From NCBI GenBank assembly GCA_012519745.1, contig JAAYPO010000044.1, positions 6,239 through 70,238 of the forward strand: 64,000 bases of DNA. Reading direction: 5' to 3'. Source of the stretch: Clostridiaceae bacterium. Lineage in GTDB: Bacteria > Bacillota > Clostridia > Acetivibrionales > DTU013. Numbering within the stretch: position 1 is the first letter of the stretch; every line of letters starts with the position of its first letter. A program made the position numbers and the translations under genes. Under the pieces are notes generated by a model. It searched no databases, had not been told where the DNA came from, and saw nothing but the letters and a program-made list of their open reading frames with translations. Below, piece by piece: positions 27,377-36,952 of this stretch.

Positions 27377-28798
27377 ATGACAATGAAAAAACAAGGCTTT
27401 AATCCTTACCTTCCATCATGGGAATATATTCCCGACGGAGAACCCTACGTATTCGACGGCAGAGTATATGTTTACGGTTCCCACGATCGCTTCAATGGCT
27501 ATGTCTACTGCATGAACGATTATGTATGCTGGTCTGCTCCTGTGGATGACCTGGGCAACTGGCGCTATGAAGGAGTGATCTACAAGAAAACAGACGATCC
27601 TCTGAACCCGGATGGCAGCATGTGCCTGTATGCACCTGATGTCACGGTGGGACCTGACGGTCGATATTATCTGTATTATGTCCTGGACAAGGTATCTGTC
27701 GTATCGGTGGCCGTATGTGATACTCCTGCCGGCAAATATGAATTTTACGGATATGTACATTATAAGGATGGGACCCGTCTTGGAGACAGGGCCGGGGACC
27801 AGCATCAGTTCGATCCCGGTGTCCTTACGGAAGGGGACACAACGTATCTGTATACCGGCTTCTGCCCAAAAGGCGACAAGTCGAGGAAAGGTCCCATGGC
27901 AACAGTGCTTGGGCCGGATATGCTCACCATAGAGGAAGAGCCGGTGTTTATCGCGCCCAGTGAGCCTTACGCCAAGGGCAGCGGCTATGAGGGGCATGAG
28001 TATTTCGAAGCGGCATCCATCAGGAAAAGAGGAGATACGTACTATTTTGTTTATTCCTCAGTCGTATTTCATGAGCTGTGCTATGCAACCAGCAAGCATC
28101 CCACAAAGGGTTTTGTTTATGGCGGGGTGATCGTAAGCAACAGCGATCTGCATATCGAAACATACAAGCCGGCGGAAAAGCCAATGTTCTACGGCGGCAA
28201 CAACCATGGGAGCATCGTTGAGATCGATGGGCAGTGGTACATTTTCTACCACAGACATACAAACGGAACGAATTTCAGCAGACAGGGCTGTATCGAGCCT
28301 ATAACCCACCTTGAGGACGGCTCCATTCCCCAGGTAGAGATGACCTCCTGCGGAGTTAACGGCGGTCCTTTGACAGGCCGTGGAGAATACCCGACCTATA
28401 TTGCCTGCAATCTGTTCTGCAAGGAGGAATCCCTGTATACCGACTGGACAGCATCGTGGATGAACAACCAGTTCCCGAAGATAACCCAGGACGGGAAGGA
28501 CGGGGACGAAGAGATCGGCTATATCGCCAACATGAAGGATTCTGCTACCGCAGGCTTCAAGTATTTTGACTGCAAGGGCATTACAACGGTGAAAATCAAG
28601 GCCCGTGGATATGCCGGCGGTGCTTTTGAAGTGAAGACCTCCTGGGACGGACCTGCCCTGGGACGGATCCCTGTGGGATTCACAAACGTATGGAAGGAAT
28701 ATTCCGCCGATATCTCGATCCCTGACGGCGTGCAGGCATTGTACTTCACATATGTCGGCGATGGAAGCGCGCACTTTGGAGCATTTACTTTGGAGTAA
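27377..28798 (+). CDS. GH43 glycoside hydrolase (beta-xylosidase/alpha-L-arabinofuranosidase type) with a C-terminal CBM6-like domain
   Basis: The N-terminus reads ..FNPYLPSWEYIPDGEPYVFDGRVYVYGSHD... The C-terminus has a beta-sandwich (..GFKYFDCKGITTVKIKARGYAGGAFEVK..). Confidence 0.85.
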   Translation: MTMKKQGFNPYLPSWEYIPDGEPYVFDGRVYVYGSHDRFNGYVYCMNDYVCWSAPVDDLGNWRYEGVIYKKTDDPLNPDGSMCLYAPDVTVGPDGRYYLYYVLDKVSVVSVAVCDTPAGKYEFYGYVHYKDGTRLGDRAGDQHQFDPGVLTEGDTTYLYTGFCPKGDKSRKGPMATVLGPDMLTIEEEPVFIAPSEPYAKGSGYEGHEYFEAASIRKRGDTYYFVYSSVVFHELCYATSKHPTKGFVYGGVIVSNSDLHIETYKPAEKPMFYGGNNHGSIVEIDGQWYIFYHRHTNGTNFSRQGCIEPITHLEDGSIPQVEMTSCGVNGGPLTGRGEYPTYIACNLFCKEESLYTDWTASWMNNQFPKITQDGKDGDEEIGYIANMKDSATAGFKYFDCKGITTVKIKARGYAGGAFEVKTSWDGPALGRIPVGFTNVWKEYSADISIPDGVQALYFTYVGDGSAHFGAFTLE

Positions 28799-28894
28799 TA
28801 AGTACCGACTGCTTATGGAGTGACATAGCATACCCGGACAGGGCTGCCGTAAAGCAGCCTTGTTTTAAATCATAGGAAACGGGAGATGATAAAT

Positions 28895-31270
28895 ATGGAA
28901 CATCCTTATCACCTGAAATACAATAAGCCGGCTGGTACCTGGCAGGATGCGATGCCCCTTGGAAACGGGAGACTGGGTGCAATGGTCTATGGACATACCG
29001 CCATTGACCGTATCCAGTTGAATGATGATTCATTATGGTACGGCAAATTTATTGACCGCAATAATCAGTCACTGAAGGACAAGCTTCCGGAGATCCGAAG
29101 GCTGGTGCTTTCGGGCGATATATATCATGCCGAGGAGCTGATCATGCAGTATATGGCGGGTACACCGGGCTGCATGCGTCACTACACTCTTTTAGGTGAA
29201 CTGGATATCGCACTCAATCAGCATTTGCCCTTTACAATGGGGTGGATGCCGAACAGCGCCGGAGCCTCTGACTATTCCTCCGATCTCGACCTGATGGAGG
29301 GCATCCTTACGGTCCGCCATACACAGGCGGGCGTCGCCTATCATCGGGAGATGTTCATCAGCCATCCGGCAAAGGTCATGTGTATTCGTCTCAGGAGCGG
29401 ATTGCCGGGGGCGGTCAATCTGGACATAATAATGAACCGCATAGGGATATCGGACAGAGTGACAGAGGATGACAGGAGGCCCGGACTTCTGGTGAATGCA
29501 GGAGGCTGGCCGGCACCGGGCGTTGATTCGATCCGAACTGTGGATGATCGTACGATCCTTATGAGGGGGAACGATGCAGGGACAACGTTTGCCAGTGCCG
29601 TAAGAGTCGTTTGTGACGGGGAAATCAAAAATCCTGTTTCCCAGCTTCTTGTGCGGAACAGCGGAGATGTGATGATGTACATAGCTTCGTCCACCTCCAA
29701 CCGTTCAGAGGATCCTGCCGCAGAGGTGCTGCAGTGCCTGAACGATGCTGAGAGGAAGGGCTATGAAGCCTTGCGCGGGGAGCACATCGCAGATTTTTCA
29801 TCTCTGATGGACAGATGTGCCCTTGACCTTGGTCCGTCGCCGGCGAAGCCTGTGGATCAGAGGCTGGATGAGTTCAGAAAAGGCGCTGACGATCCGGCGC
29901 TGGCAGCGCTTTATTTCCAGTTCGGCAGATATCTTATGGTCTCGGGAGGGCGCGAGGGAAGCTCCGCACTTAACCTGCAGGGTATATGGAATGCCGAATT
30001 CAAGCCCATGTGGGACAGTAAATACACCATAAACATAAACCTGCAAATGAACTACTGGCCCGCACTGACCGGTAATCTTGCCGAGCTGCACATGCCTCTT
30101 ATGGAGCTGCTGGAGAAGATGCACGAAAAGGGCAGGGAAACCGCTCGTGTAATGTACGGCATGCGGGGCATGGTCTGCCATCACAATACGGATTATTACG
30201 GCGACTGCGCACCGCAGGACTGGTATATGGCTGCCATGCCATGGGTGACCGGCGGGGCATGGCTTGGACTGCACGTGTGGGAGCATTATCTGTACACAAG
30301 GGATCTGAGCATATTACAAAGGATGTATCCGATATTGCGCGATATGGCCCTGTTTTATGAAGATTTCCTGATCGAATCGGACGGGAAGCTGGTCACATGT
30401 CCGTCTGTATCACCGGAGAACAGATATCTGCTGCCGGATGGATATGATACGCCAATTTGCACAGGTCCTGCTATGGACAATCAGATACTGCGTGAGTTTT
30501 TTGCGGCATTGATAAAAATACAGCGGCTGCTTGGAGTGAATGCAGAAATGTCGGAGACGCTGGCCTCTATGGCTGCACGGCTGCCGGATGACAAAATCGG
30601 CTCTAAGGGGCAGCTGCTGGAATGGGATCGGGAATATACCGAACTCACGCCTGATATGGATCACATATCCCATCTGTTTGCATGTTACCCGGGAAGCTCG
30701 ATCAACTGGCGTGATACGCCTGAGCTGCTGAAGGCCGCCGGCAAGTCCCTGGAGCTGCGTATCGAAAATGGCGCCGGCAAGGGAGGCTGGCCGCTGGCAT
30801 GGTACATAAATTTGGATGCAAGGCTGCTGGATGGCGAGAAGACAGACAGAGCTATACGCAGGATGCTTGCCGATACCACTGTCCGCAATTTCTTCAACGC
30901 GGCACAGCATGTGTTCCAAATAGACGGCAATTTCGGGGCAACGGCCGGTATTGTGGAATGCCTGCTGCAAAGCCATATAGCGCTGCATTTTTTGCCTGCG
31001 CTGCCGGTATCATGGACAGAAGGAAGCGTCAGAGGCCTTCTTGCAAGAGGGGGCCATGAGGTGGATATAAAATGGAGCAACGGCATGTTTTCAGAGGCAG
31101 TTGTCCGTCCGCGGTTCAGCGGACCTGTGGAGGTTGTCGGTGAAGTAATGAAGGTGACATGCGGCAGTACTCAGATCCCGGTCGTAAGGACAGATGCGGG
31201 ATTCACATTTGCCGCAGAAGCAGGCAGGTCATATATACTTGTACCGGCTGATCAGGAGAGAGTCCAATAA
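28895..31270 (+). CDS. GH95 alpha-L-fucosidase-type glycoside hydrolase
   Basis: I prefer ATG 28895, with GGGAG 9 nt upstream. The track start at 28886 abuts the RBS. The sequence has ..W.DAMPLGNGRLGAMVYG....RIQLN.DSLW.. and the expected length and architecture for GH95. Confidence 0.88.
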   Translation: MEHPYHLKYNKPAGTWQDAMPLGNGRLGAMVYGHTAIDRIQLNDDSLWYGKFIDRNNQSLKDKLPEIRRLVLSGDIYHAEELIMQYMAGTPGCMRHYTLLGELDIALNQHLPFTMGWMPNSAGASDYSSDLDLMEGILTVRHTQAGVAYHREMFISHPAKVMCIRLRSGLPGAVNLDIIMNRIGISDRVTEDDRRPGLLVNAGGWPAPGVDSIRTVDDRTILMRGNDAGTTFASAVRVVCDGEIKNPVSQLLVRNSGDVMMYIASSTSNRSEDPAAEVLQCLNDAERKGYEALRGEHIADFSSLMDRCALDLGPSPAKPVDQRLDEFRKGADDPALAALYFQFGRYLMVSGGREGSSALNLQGIWNAEFKPMWDSKYTININLQMNYWPALTGNLAELHMPLMELLEKMHEKGRETARVMYGMRGMVCHHNTDYYGDCAPQDWYMAAMPWVTGGAWLGLHVWEHYLYTRDLSILQRMYPILRDMALFYEDFLIESDGKLVTCPSVSPENRYLLPDGYDTPICTGPAMDNQILREFFAALIKIQRLLGVNAEMSETLASMAARLPDDKIGSKGQLLEWDREYTELTPDMDHISHLFACYPGSSINWRDTPELLKAAGKSLELRIENGAGKGGWPLAWYINLDARLLDGEKTDRAIRRMLADTTVRNFFNAAQHVFQIDGNFGATAGIVECLLQSHIALHFLPALPVSWTEGSVRGLLARGGHEVDIKWSNGMFSEAVVRPRFSGPVEVVGEVMKVTCGSTQIPVVRTDAGFTFAAEAGRSYILVPADQERVQ

Positions 31271-31340
31271 CAAGGTCAGTGTAAGGTGTGCAAAGAATAA
31301 GGGTCTGATATGTCAGGGGGGAGTACAGAACTGTCATATA

Positions 31341-31538
31341 TCAGACCCTTATGTCTATGCTGCCGCCTTTGTGCGGCGTTACCGAGATTTCCATAGCTTT
31401 TGCATTAGCAGCCTGAAATCCCTGGAGCAGCGCACTCATTGACTGCGCATCCTGATTGAGGGATTTTTTCAGCGTCTCTATGCCTATAGCCCGGCGTATG
31501 CTGCTTATGCTTTGCACCTGGGCATTTGTTATTTCCAT
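31341..31538 (-). CDS. YjfB-family small protein (putative motility protein family)
   Basis: 65 aa. It reads ..ISSIRRAIGIETLKKSLNQDAQSMSALLQG..GGSIDIRV. GGAGGTG lies 5 nt upstream. The 3' end lies in a bidirectional hairpin shared with GH95. Confidence 0.7.
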   Translation of the reverse strand: MEITNAQVQSISSIRRAIGIETLKKSLNQDAQSMSALLQGFQAANAKAMEISVTPHKGGSIDIRV

Positions 31539-31667
31539 CCGGCCACCTCCTTTATCGGTCTGCCCGGTTAGGCATCTTCTGTCTACATAATATAATTATA
31601 CCACCATAACCATCGTTATAACATGGTCCATTAGCACTATCCTGCCCGATATCGGTATAAATGCAGC

Positions 31668-33440
31668 TCATGCCATGCGGATTGCTGCTGCAATGGCGTT
31701 GGCGGCATCCATGCCGCTTTTAAGGGCGCCCTGCTGCCAGCGATGGACGGCGGATACATGTTCCCCTGCGAAAAAGAGCCTGCCGCCATATTCCGGCTGG
31801 GTCATGTTCCAGGAGAACAGCTTTTTCTGCTGGGGAGTGAAATAGCAGAAGGTCCCGCGGTACAGAGGATCCCTGTCCCAGAACTGAGTCACGCTGTCGG
31901 TGACGATGGAGTCAAGGGAGCTCTCCGGCAAGCCGTGGACTTTTTCAACATCACGCTTTATTTTTTCTATCCTTCTGTGCTCGGGGAGGTTCGCGAGTCT
32001 TACGGCATCCATGTTAAAGCCGTAGGAGGAAAGGATAACTCCATTTCGGCTGCCAAAGCATGATGACGGGTACCATATCGTATTTATGGGCAGATCCGTG
32101 TATGACCCGCCGCCATAGATCCCCTGCTCTTCCCAGAAGCGCCGGCGGCATCTGAATGCGGTCTTCTGTGCCGGTGAATATGTGACCTCTCTGATCGCCT
32201 GCATTTTCAGCTCAGAGAAAAGAGGCTGAATATCCAGGACCCTCAGAACAGAGAACGGGATCGCACATACAACGTAGTCGAAGTCACTAAAGGAGACTCC
32301 TTCGGTATTGCACTTGTCACCGGTCACTGTCCGGTCATACCTGTCGCTGAGTACTGATCTGTTATAGCGGATACTGCCAGCAGGCCTGTTGTACACGCCG
32401 GTCATGTGACTCCATTGTCCTGTAGGCATGTGGGCCAGTGTCACCTTTCCGCCAGGCTTCAGCTGATATATACCTGTCACACTGACACCTGCCCTCCATC
32501 TGACATTACCCAGATCATATGCAGGTATGCCGCTGTAGTACCTGCCCGGATCAGTACTCGTAAAGGACCTTAAGAATGCTTCGGGAAGCTTGACCATACC
32601 TCCCGAGATCTCATACATATATATGAAATTTGCCGGATAATACTCCTGGACGAAATCTATATAATTGTTGTAAAGGAATCTTCCGCCGATGGGGAAGAGG
32701 TTCGACAGCATGCTTATCGCGCCCTGGCTCAGGCCTTGCTGCTCCATTGTCTGCCGTATGTCCAGTGCGTCCCAGTAAAGGGTATACGCAGAATACCGGG
32801 GTAAAACCTGTAGGATTTCCTGCCTTATTTCAGGAGGAGCATTGAGGATGGGCGCTTCTATGCCCAAATAGCCTAACTGCTGCCAGGAGTGATCGTACTC
32901 CCATGGCTGCAGGCTGTATGTCGGATATATGTTATTCCTGACGTTTGCTCCGGCGGGGTCATTGCGGACCCTTACTCCGTTAAGGTATATGAACGCATTG
33001 GGATTCACCTGTATAAATGGCTGTGTATCGAGCCCGAACAGATCGATGTAATGCCACACTGTTTCATGCACTGCCGGCAGCCGCATGGCGCCAAGTTCAC
33101 CATACAGAGTTTTTTCCCTGTCAAAATAGTATGTGTATACCCTACCACCGAGACGTTGGGCATCAGCTTCGAATATGGTGATATCAAAGCCTGCCTTGCG
33201 CAGTTCAAAAGCGGCTGCCATTCCCGACAGCCCGCCTCCGATTATGCCCACGGTTTTTCCCCTGCAGCTGTCTTGAGGAACTATCGTGGTGATATCAGCC
33301 GGAGGGTGCAAAGCAGAGGCAATATAGCTGTAATCTTCAGGGTGACCGCTTTGAACAAGCGCGTTATATGCCATTTGCCGCCGCTGACTTTTGCTTGGAT
33401 TGGAGGGCTGAATTTGTTCGGGTATCGTAACAGTATCCAT
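31668..33440 (-). CDS. FAD-dependent amine oxidase / L-amino-acid-oxidase-family flavoprotein
   Basis: ATG 33440 (MDTVTIPEQ..). The dinucleotide-binding motif is VGIIGGGLSGMAAAFELRKAGFDITIFEA..R.GGRV. The C-terminus reads ..LFFAGEHVS..H.W..GA..SG. Confidence 0.8.
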   Translation of the reverse strand: MDTVTIPEQIQPSNPSKSQRRQMAYNALVQSGHPEDYSYIASALHPPADITTIVPQDSCRGKTVGIIGGGLSGMAAAFELRKAGFDITIFEADAQRLGGRVYTYYFDREKTLYGELGAMRLPAVHETVWHYIDLFGLDTQPFIQVNPNAFIYLNGVRVRNDPAGANVRNNIYPTYSLQPWEYDHSWQQLGYLGIEAPILNAPPEIRQEILQVLPRYSAYTLYWDALDIRQTMEQQGLSQGAISMLSNLFPIGGRFLYNNYIDFVQEYYPANFIYMYEISGGMVKLPEAFLRSFTSTDPGRYYSGIPAYDLGNVRWRAGVSVTGIYQLKPGGKVTLAHMPTGQWSHMTGVYNRPAGSIRYNRSVLSDRYDRTVTGDKCNTEGVSFSDFDYVVCAIPFSVLRVLDIQPLFSELKMQAIREVTYSPAQKTAFRCRRRFWEEQGIYGGGSYTDLPINTIWYPSSCFGSRNGVILSSYGFNMDAVRLANLPEHRRIEKIKRDVEKVHGLPESSLDSIVTDSVTQFWDRDPLYRGTFCYFTPQQKKLFSWNMTQPEYGGRLFFAGEHVSAVHRWQQGALKSGMDAANAIAAAIRMA

Positions 33441-33504
33441 AATTACCACCGGACCACTTTATGTATATTCATTAATATGTTGTAAATAGTCTATGTGTGA
33501 GACA

Positions 33505-33533
33505 TTGACTTAAAAAAGCCGCGACGGTAGTAT
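33505..33533 (+). promoter_or_regulatory. Putative promoter of the first solute-binding-protein gene
   Basis: TTGACT (33505-10), 17-nt spacer, TAGTAT (33528-33). Confidence 0.35.
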
Positions 33534-33607
33534 TAAATATGTTAAGGTGTCAGATGTGCTGTAATATGCGGAGGAATAGTGTTTATACGGGACGAGGTGA
33601 AGTTTTA

Positions 33608-35188
33608 ATGAAAAGGAAAAACATGATCATTATAGCGGTTGTTTTGCTGGTAGTCATTGCCGGCGGCTTGACGGCATATCTCTTATCGGACCGGGGAACC
33701 AAAGAGCCAGATGAGGAGGATTTCCTCCCGGCCGGATGGGCGATAGATATAGACAAACTGGAGGAAACGACTCTTACCTTCTATATAAATGCCCAGAAGC
33801 AGAATATATCCGAAGAAATCATGGAAGCAGTGAACCTGAAGCTGGAGCACGATCTGAAAACAAAGATAACCTTCAGATATTTATGGGAGTACTATGATTC
33901 ATTTCTGAACAGGCTGAGAAGAGATAATGCGTCGGGTATTACCTGCGATGCGTTCATTTATAGTCCAGAGATTCGTGTTTCAGTAAAAGAGCTTGCTGAT
34001 GAAGGACTGATAATGGATGTTTCAAAGCTTTTTCCCGAATATGCTCCCGGCTATTACAACCAGTTCACAAATGAGGACATAAAGGCGCTGAATGTGAACG
34101 GAGGCATTTATATCATACCCTCCAGAATGCCGTCGGCCGATATCAGGTATGCGCTGGTACGGCAGGATCTGATGGAGAAATATGATATACCGTCCATAAA
34201 AAGCTATGACGATTATGAGGTTTTTCTTGATGCGGTCAGTGAAAACGAGTCCGGCATTTACCCTATGTGCTATCGCAACTCATGCATGGGACTGTTTGCA
34301 GATATGTACGGATATGTTCCGATGGATTACGACACCGGGCTGGTGTACAGATGGGACGATCCGTCGATGAAGGTAATGCCATGGGAGCAAACGCCGGAAT
34401 TCATGGAATGCATGCAAAGGATGCAGAAGTGGTATGAAAATGGCTATCTGAGCGATGGAAGCGATGAACTAGGCGCATTGTCCATAGTGTACAATGATAA
34501 CACATATAATTATGATCTTCATGTAACCGGTGAAAGGGCTGCTTCATTTATAGACGATCCGTCCTATGAAACGCACTTCAATACACTGCTTCAAAGCAAG
34601 GGGATATCAGGCTACAGCTATAAGGCGTATCCGCTTTATGACGGATATTCCGCAAGGAACTCCATCATGGAGAACGGGGTAATGATCAATCCCTTATCAC
34701 GACAGCCTGACAGGGTCCTTATGTTCATAGACTGGCTGCAGTCGGATCAGGAAAACTACGATCTGCTGATGTACGGCAAAAAAGACATCCACTATATAGA
34801 AAGGGACGGTTATATTGTACCTACTGCTGATGCTGTCACGACATTTATGGAATACAGCTGGAAGGCTCCTTTTGAGAATATTGATCACCAGCGTGCCTAT
34901 AATCCTGGCATGAAGGAGGAGATGGAGGAGTATCAGGCTTTGATCAAGGAGCACACAAAGTATCCTCCGCATTACAGCTTTACTGCGGATTACAAGTCTG
35001 TAGAGCGTATCTACGAGCAAAGATGGATGAACTATCTGACACCCGAGTATATGATCTATAACGGCCGTGATCTCGATGGAGAAATGATGGCAAAAATTCT
35101 CGAGGATCAAAAAAAACTGGGCATCGACACCCTGGTAGCCGAGATCCAGAACCAGCTTGATGAGTATATGGCCGGGTATGACCGATAG
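33608..35188 (+). CDS. Extracellular solute-binding protein (LplA-like, large family-1 SBP with DUF3502-type C-terminus), membrane-anchored
   Basis: ATG 33608, with GAGGTGA 7 nt upstream. The N-terminal TM segment (MKRKNMIIIAVVLLVVIAGGLTAYLL) has no lipobox Cys. It is a paralogue of the next gene. Confidence 0.7.
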   Translation: MKRKNMIIIAVVLLVVIAGGLTAYLLSDRGTKEPDEEDFLPAGWAIDIDKLEETTLTFYINAQKQNISEEIMEAVNLKLEHDLKTKITFRYLWEYYDSFLNRLRRDNASGITCDAFIYSPEIRVSVKELADEGLIMDVSKLFPEYAPGYYNQFTNEDIKALNVNGGIYIIPSRMPSADIRYALVRQDLMEKYDIPSIKSYDDYEVFLDAVSENESGIYPMCYRNSCMGLFADMYGYVPMDYDTGLVYRWDDPSMKVMPWEQTPEFMECMQRMQKWYENGYLSDGSDELGALSIVYNDNTYNYDLHVTGERAASFIDDPSYETHFNTLLQSKGISGYSYKAYPLYDGYSARNSIMENGVMINPLSRQPDRVLMFIDWLQSDQENYDLLMYGKKDIHYIERDGYIVPTADAVTTFMEYSWKAPFENIDHQRAYNPGMKEEMEEYQALIKEHTKYPPHYSFTADYKSVERIYEQRWMNYLTPEYMIYNGRDLDGEMMAKILEDQKKLGIDTLVAEIQNQLDEYMAGYDR

Positions 35189-35287
35189 CAGGGATTTCGA
35201 GGAAACATCGTTGACATTATATGGTCGGCGGGGTAGTATTTATTATACGTTATGCAAAATCCTGATAGAGAGCGCAGGTCATACTCA

Positions 35288-36829
35288 ATGAACAAAAAGC
35301 TGATGATCATAATCGCGGCAATACTTATCGTAATAGCCGGAGGCATAACAGCCTTTCTGCTGCTGAAGCCCGGTGTGCAGCCGGAAGAAGAGGATCTGTT
35401 CCTTCCCGGCGACTGGCAGATAGATGTCGAAGAGCTTAAAGATGCTGCTATTACGATTTATCTTGACGTGCCGAACCAGAACGATATGGAGGATGTACTG
35501 GAGGCTGTAAACAGAAAGCTGAAGGATGACCTTAAAACACAACTGGACTTCGAGGTTTACTGGGAATACCCGGCTATGTTCATTGACCGGGTCAGGACCA
35601 GCAATGCATCAGGTCAGCCCTGTGATGCATATATCTATTCAACCGGTTTCGATATGCCTGTAAAGACCCTGGTCGAGCAGGGACTGATGATGGACCTTTC
35701 CGAGCTCTTTCCAAAGTATGCGCCGAATTATTACAATCAGTTCTCACGGGATGAAATAAAAGCATTGACGGTGGACGGCGGAATATATCTTATTCCCCCA
35801 AGAATACCCAGCGCCGATATCAAATATGCCGTTGTCCGGCAGGACCTAATGGAGAAATATAATATTCCCGAGATAAGCAGCTATGACGATTTCGAGGTAT
35901 ATCTTGAAACTGTCAAGAAAAACGAGCCGGATATGATCACCACCAATTACTATGACACTTCACTTGGCATGTTTGCACAAGCCTACGGCTATGCGATACT
36001 GGACCGGGATATGCAGCTGGTTTACAGATGGGACGACCCCGAAATGCAGATAATGGCCTGGGAACAGACGCCGGAGTGTCTTGAAAGCCTGGAGAGGCTC
36101 AACGGCTGGCTTGAAAAGGGATATCTTGCGAAAACCTATATAATCGCTGAAATACAGAATCAAATGGTGACCACCGGCAAATGGGCGTCCTTTGTCTGTG
36201 ATCCCTCGAATCAGATGTATTTCAATTCACTCCTTAATTCCAAAGGCATCAAGGATATCAGCTACAGGGCATACCCGCTGTATGACGGCTGCTCTGCAAG
36301 AAATCCGATGATGTCCTACGGACTTGCGGTCAACGGCGGATCCAGGCAGCCGGAAAGGGTGCTCATGTTCATCGATTGGCTGCAGTCGGACCGGGAAAAT
36401 TACGACCTGCTGATGTATGGGGTGAAGGGCACCCATTATATAGACAAGGGCGGCTATATAGAACCTGCACCCGATGTGGCCGCGACTTTTTATGAATGGG
36501 TCTGGAAGCCGCCTTTTGAGAATATCGATTACCAGCGGACCAATTATCCCGGCCTGGAGGAGGAGATCGACAGCTATCATGAGATCCTTGCCAAGAGGAC
36601 AAAATTCCCTGCCCACTTTGGCTTCATCCCCGATTATTCATCTGTCTACGATATAGCAACACCCCGGAAGCAGCGCTCTTTTGAACTGGATGATCTCGTC
36701 TACAGGGGCTCGTTCAGTGAGGTCGGGCTGCAGAAATACAGGGACGAACAGAAAAGGCTGGGAGTGGACAGTGTGATAGCTGAGATACAGAAGCAGCTGG
36801 ATGATTACAGGGCAAAGAATCCCGGATAG
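35288..36829 (+). CDS. Extracellular solute-binding protein, paralogue of 33608-35188
   Basis: ATG 35288 (MNKKLMIIIAAILIVIAGGITAFLLL). It is collinear with its neighbour (..LFP(E/K)YAP.YYNQF..(E/D)IKAL.V.GGIY.IP.R.PSADI.YA.VRQDLMEKY.IP..). Confidence 0.7.
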   Translation: MNKKLMIIIAAILIVIAGGITAFLLLKPGVQPEEEDLFLPGDWQIDVEELKDAAITIYLDVPNQNDMEDVLEAVNRKLKDDLKTQLDFEVYWEYPAMFIDRVRTSNASGQPCDAYIYSTGFDMPVKTLVEQGLMMDLSELFPKYAPNYYNQFSRDEIKALTVDGGIYLIPPRIPSADIKYAVVRQDLMEKYNIPEISSYDDFEVYLETVKKNEPDMITTNYYDTSLGMFAQAYGYAILDRDMQLVYRWDDPEMQIMAWEQTPECLESLERLNGWLEKGYLAKTYIIAEIQNQMVTTGKWASFVCDPSNQMYFNSLLNSKGIKDISYRAYPLYDGCSARNPMMSYGLAVNGGSRQPERVLMFIDWLQSDRENYDLLMYGVKGTHYIDKGGYIEPAPDVAATFYEWVWKPPFENIDYQRTNYPGLEEEIDSYHEILAKRTKFPAHFGFIPDYSSVYDIATPRKQRSFELDDLVYRGSFSEVGLQKYRDEQKRLGVDSVIAEIQKQLDDYRAKNPG

Positions 36830-36870
36830 AAGGTGCCTTGCAAAAACGGACATGAGCGGGACTGAGGCAT

Positions 36871-36901
36871 ATAAATGCAAATAATAATTATTTGCATTTA
36901 T
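36871..36901. promoter_or_regulatory. Perfect 31-bp palindrome: Fur-family (Zur-type) operator candidate overlapping the znuA promoter
   Basis: ATAAATGCAAATAAT A ATTATTTGCATTTAT (15-1-15). The core AAATAATnATTATTT fits the 7-1-7 Fur-family box architecture. Confidence 0.7.
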
Positions 36902-36919
36902 ATACTTATATGTTAAAAT
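36892..36919 (+). promoter_or_regulatory. Putative znuA promoter (extended -10)
   Basis: TTGCAT (36892-97), 16-nt spacer, TGtTAAAAT (36911-19). The -35 element lies inside the palindrome. Confidence 0.5.
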
Positions 36920-36952
36920 ATTTTTATAGTATATGGGTTTTGGAGGAAAATA

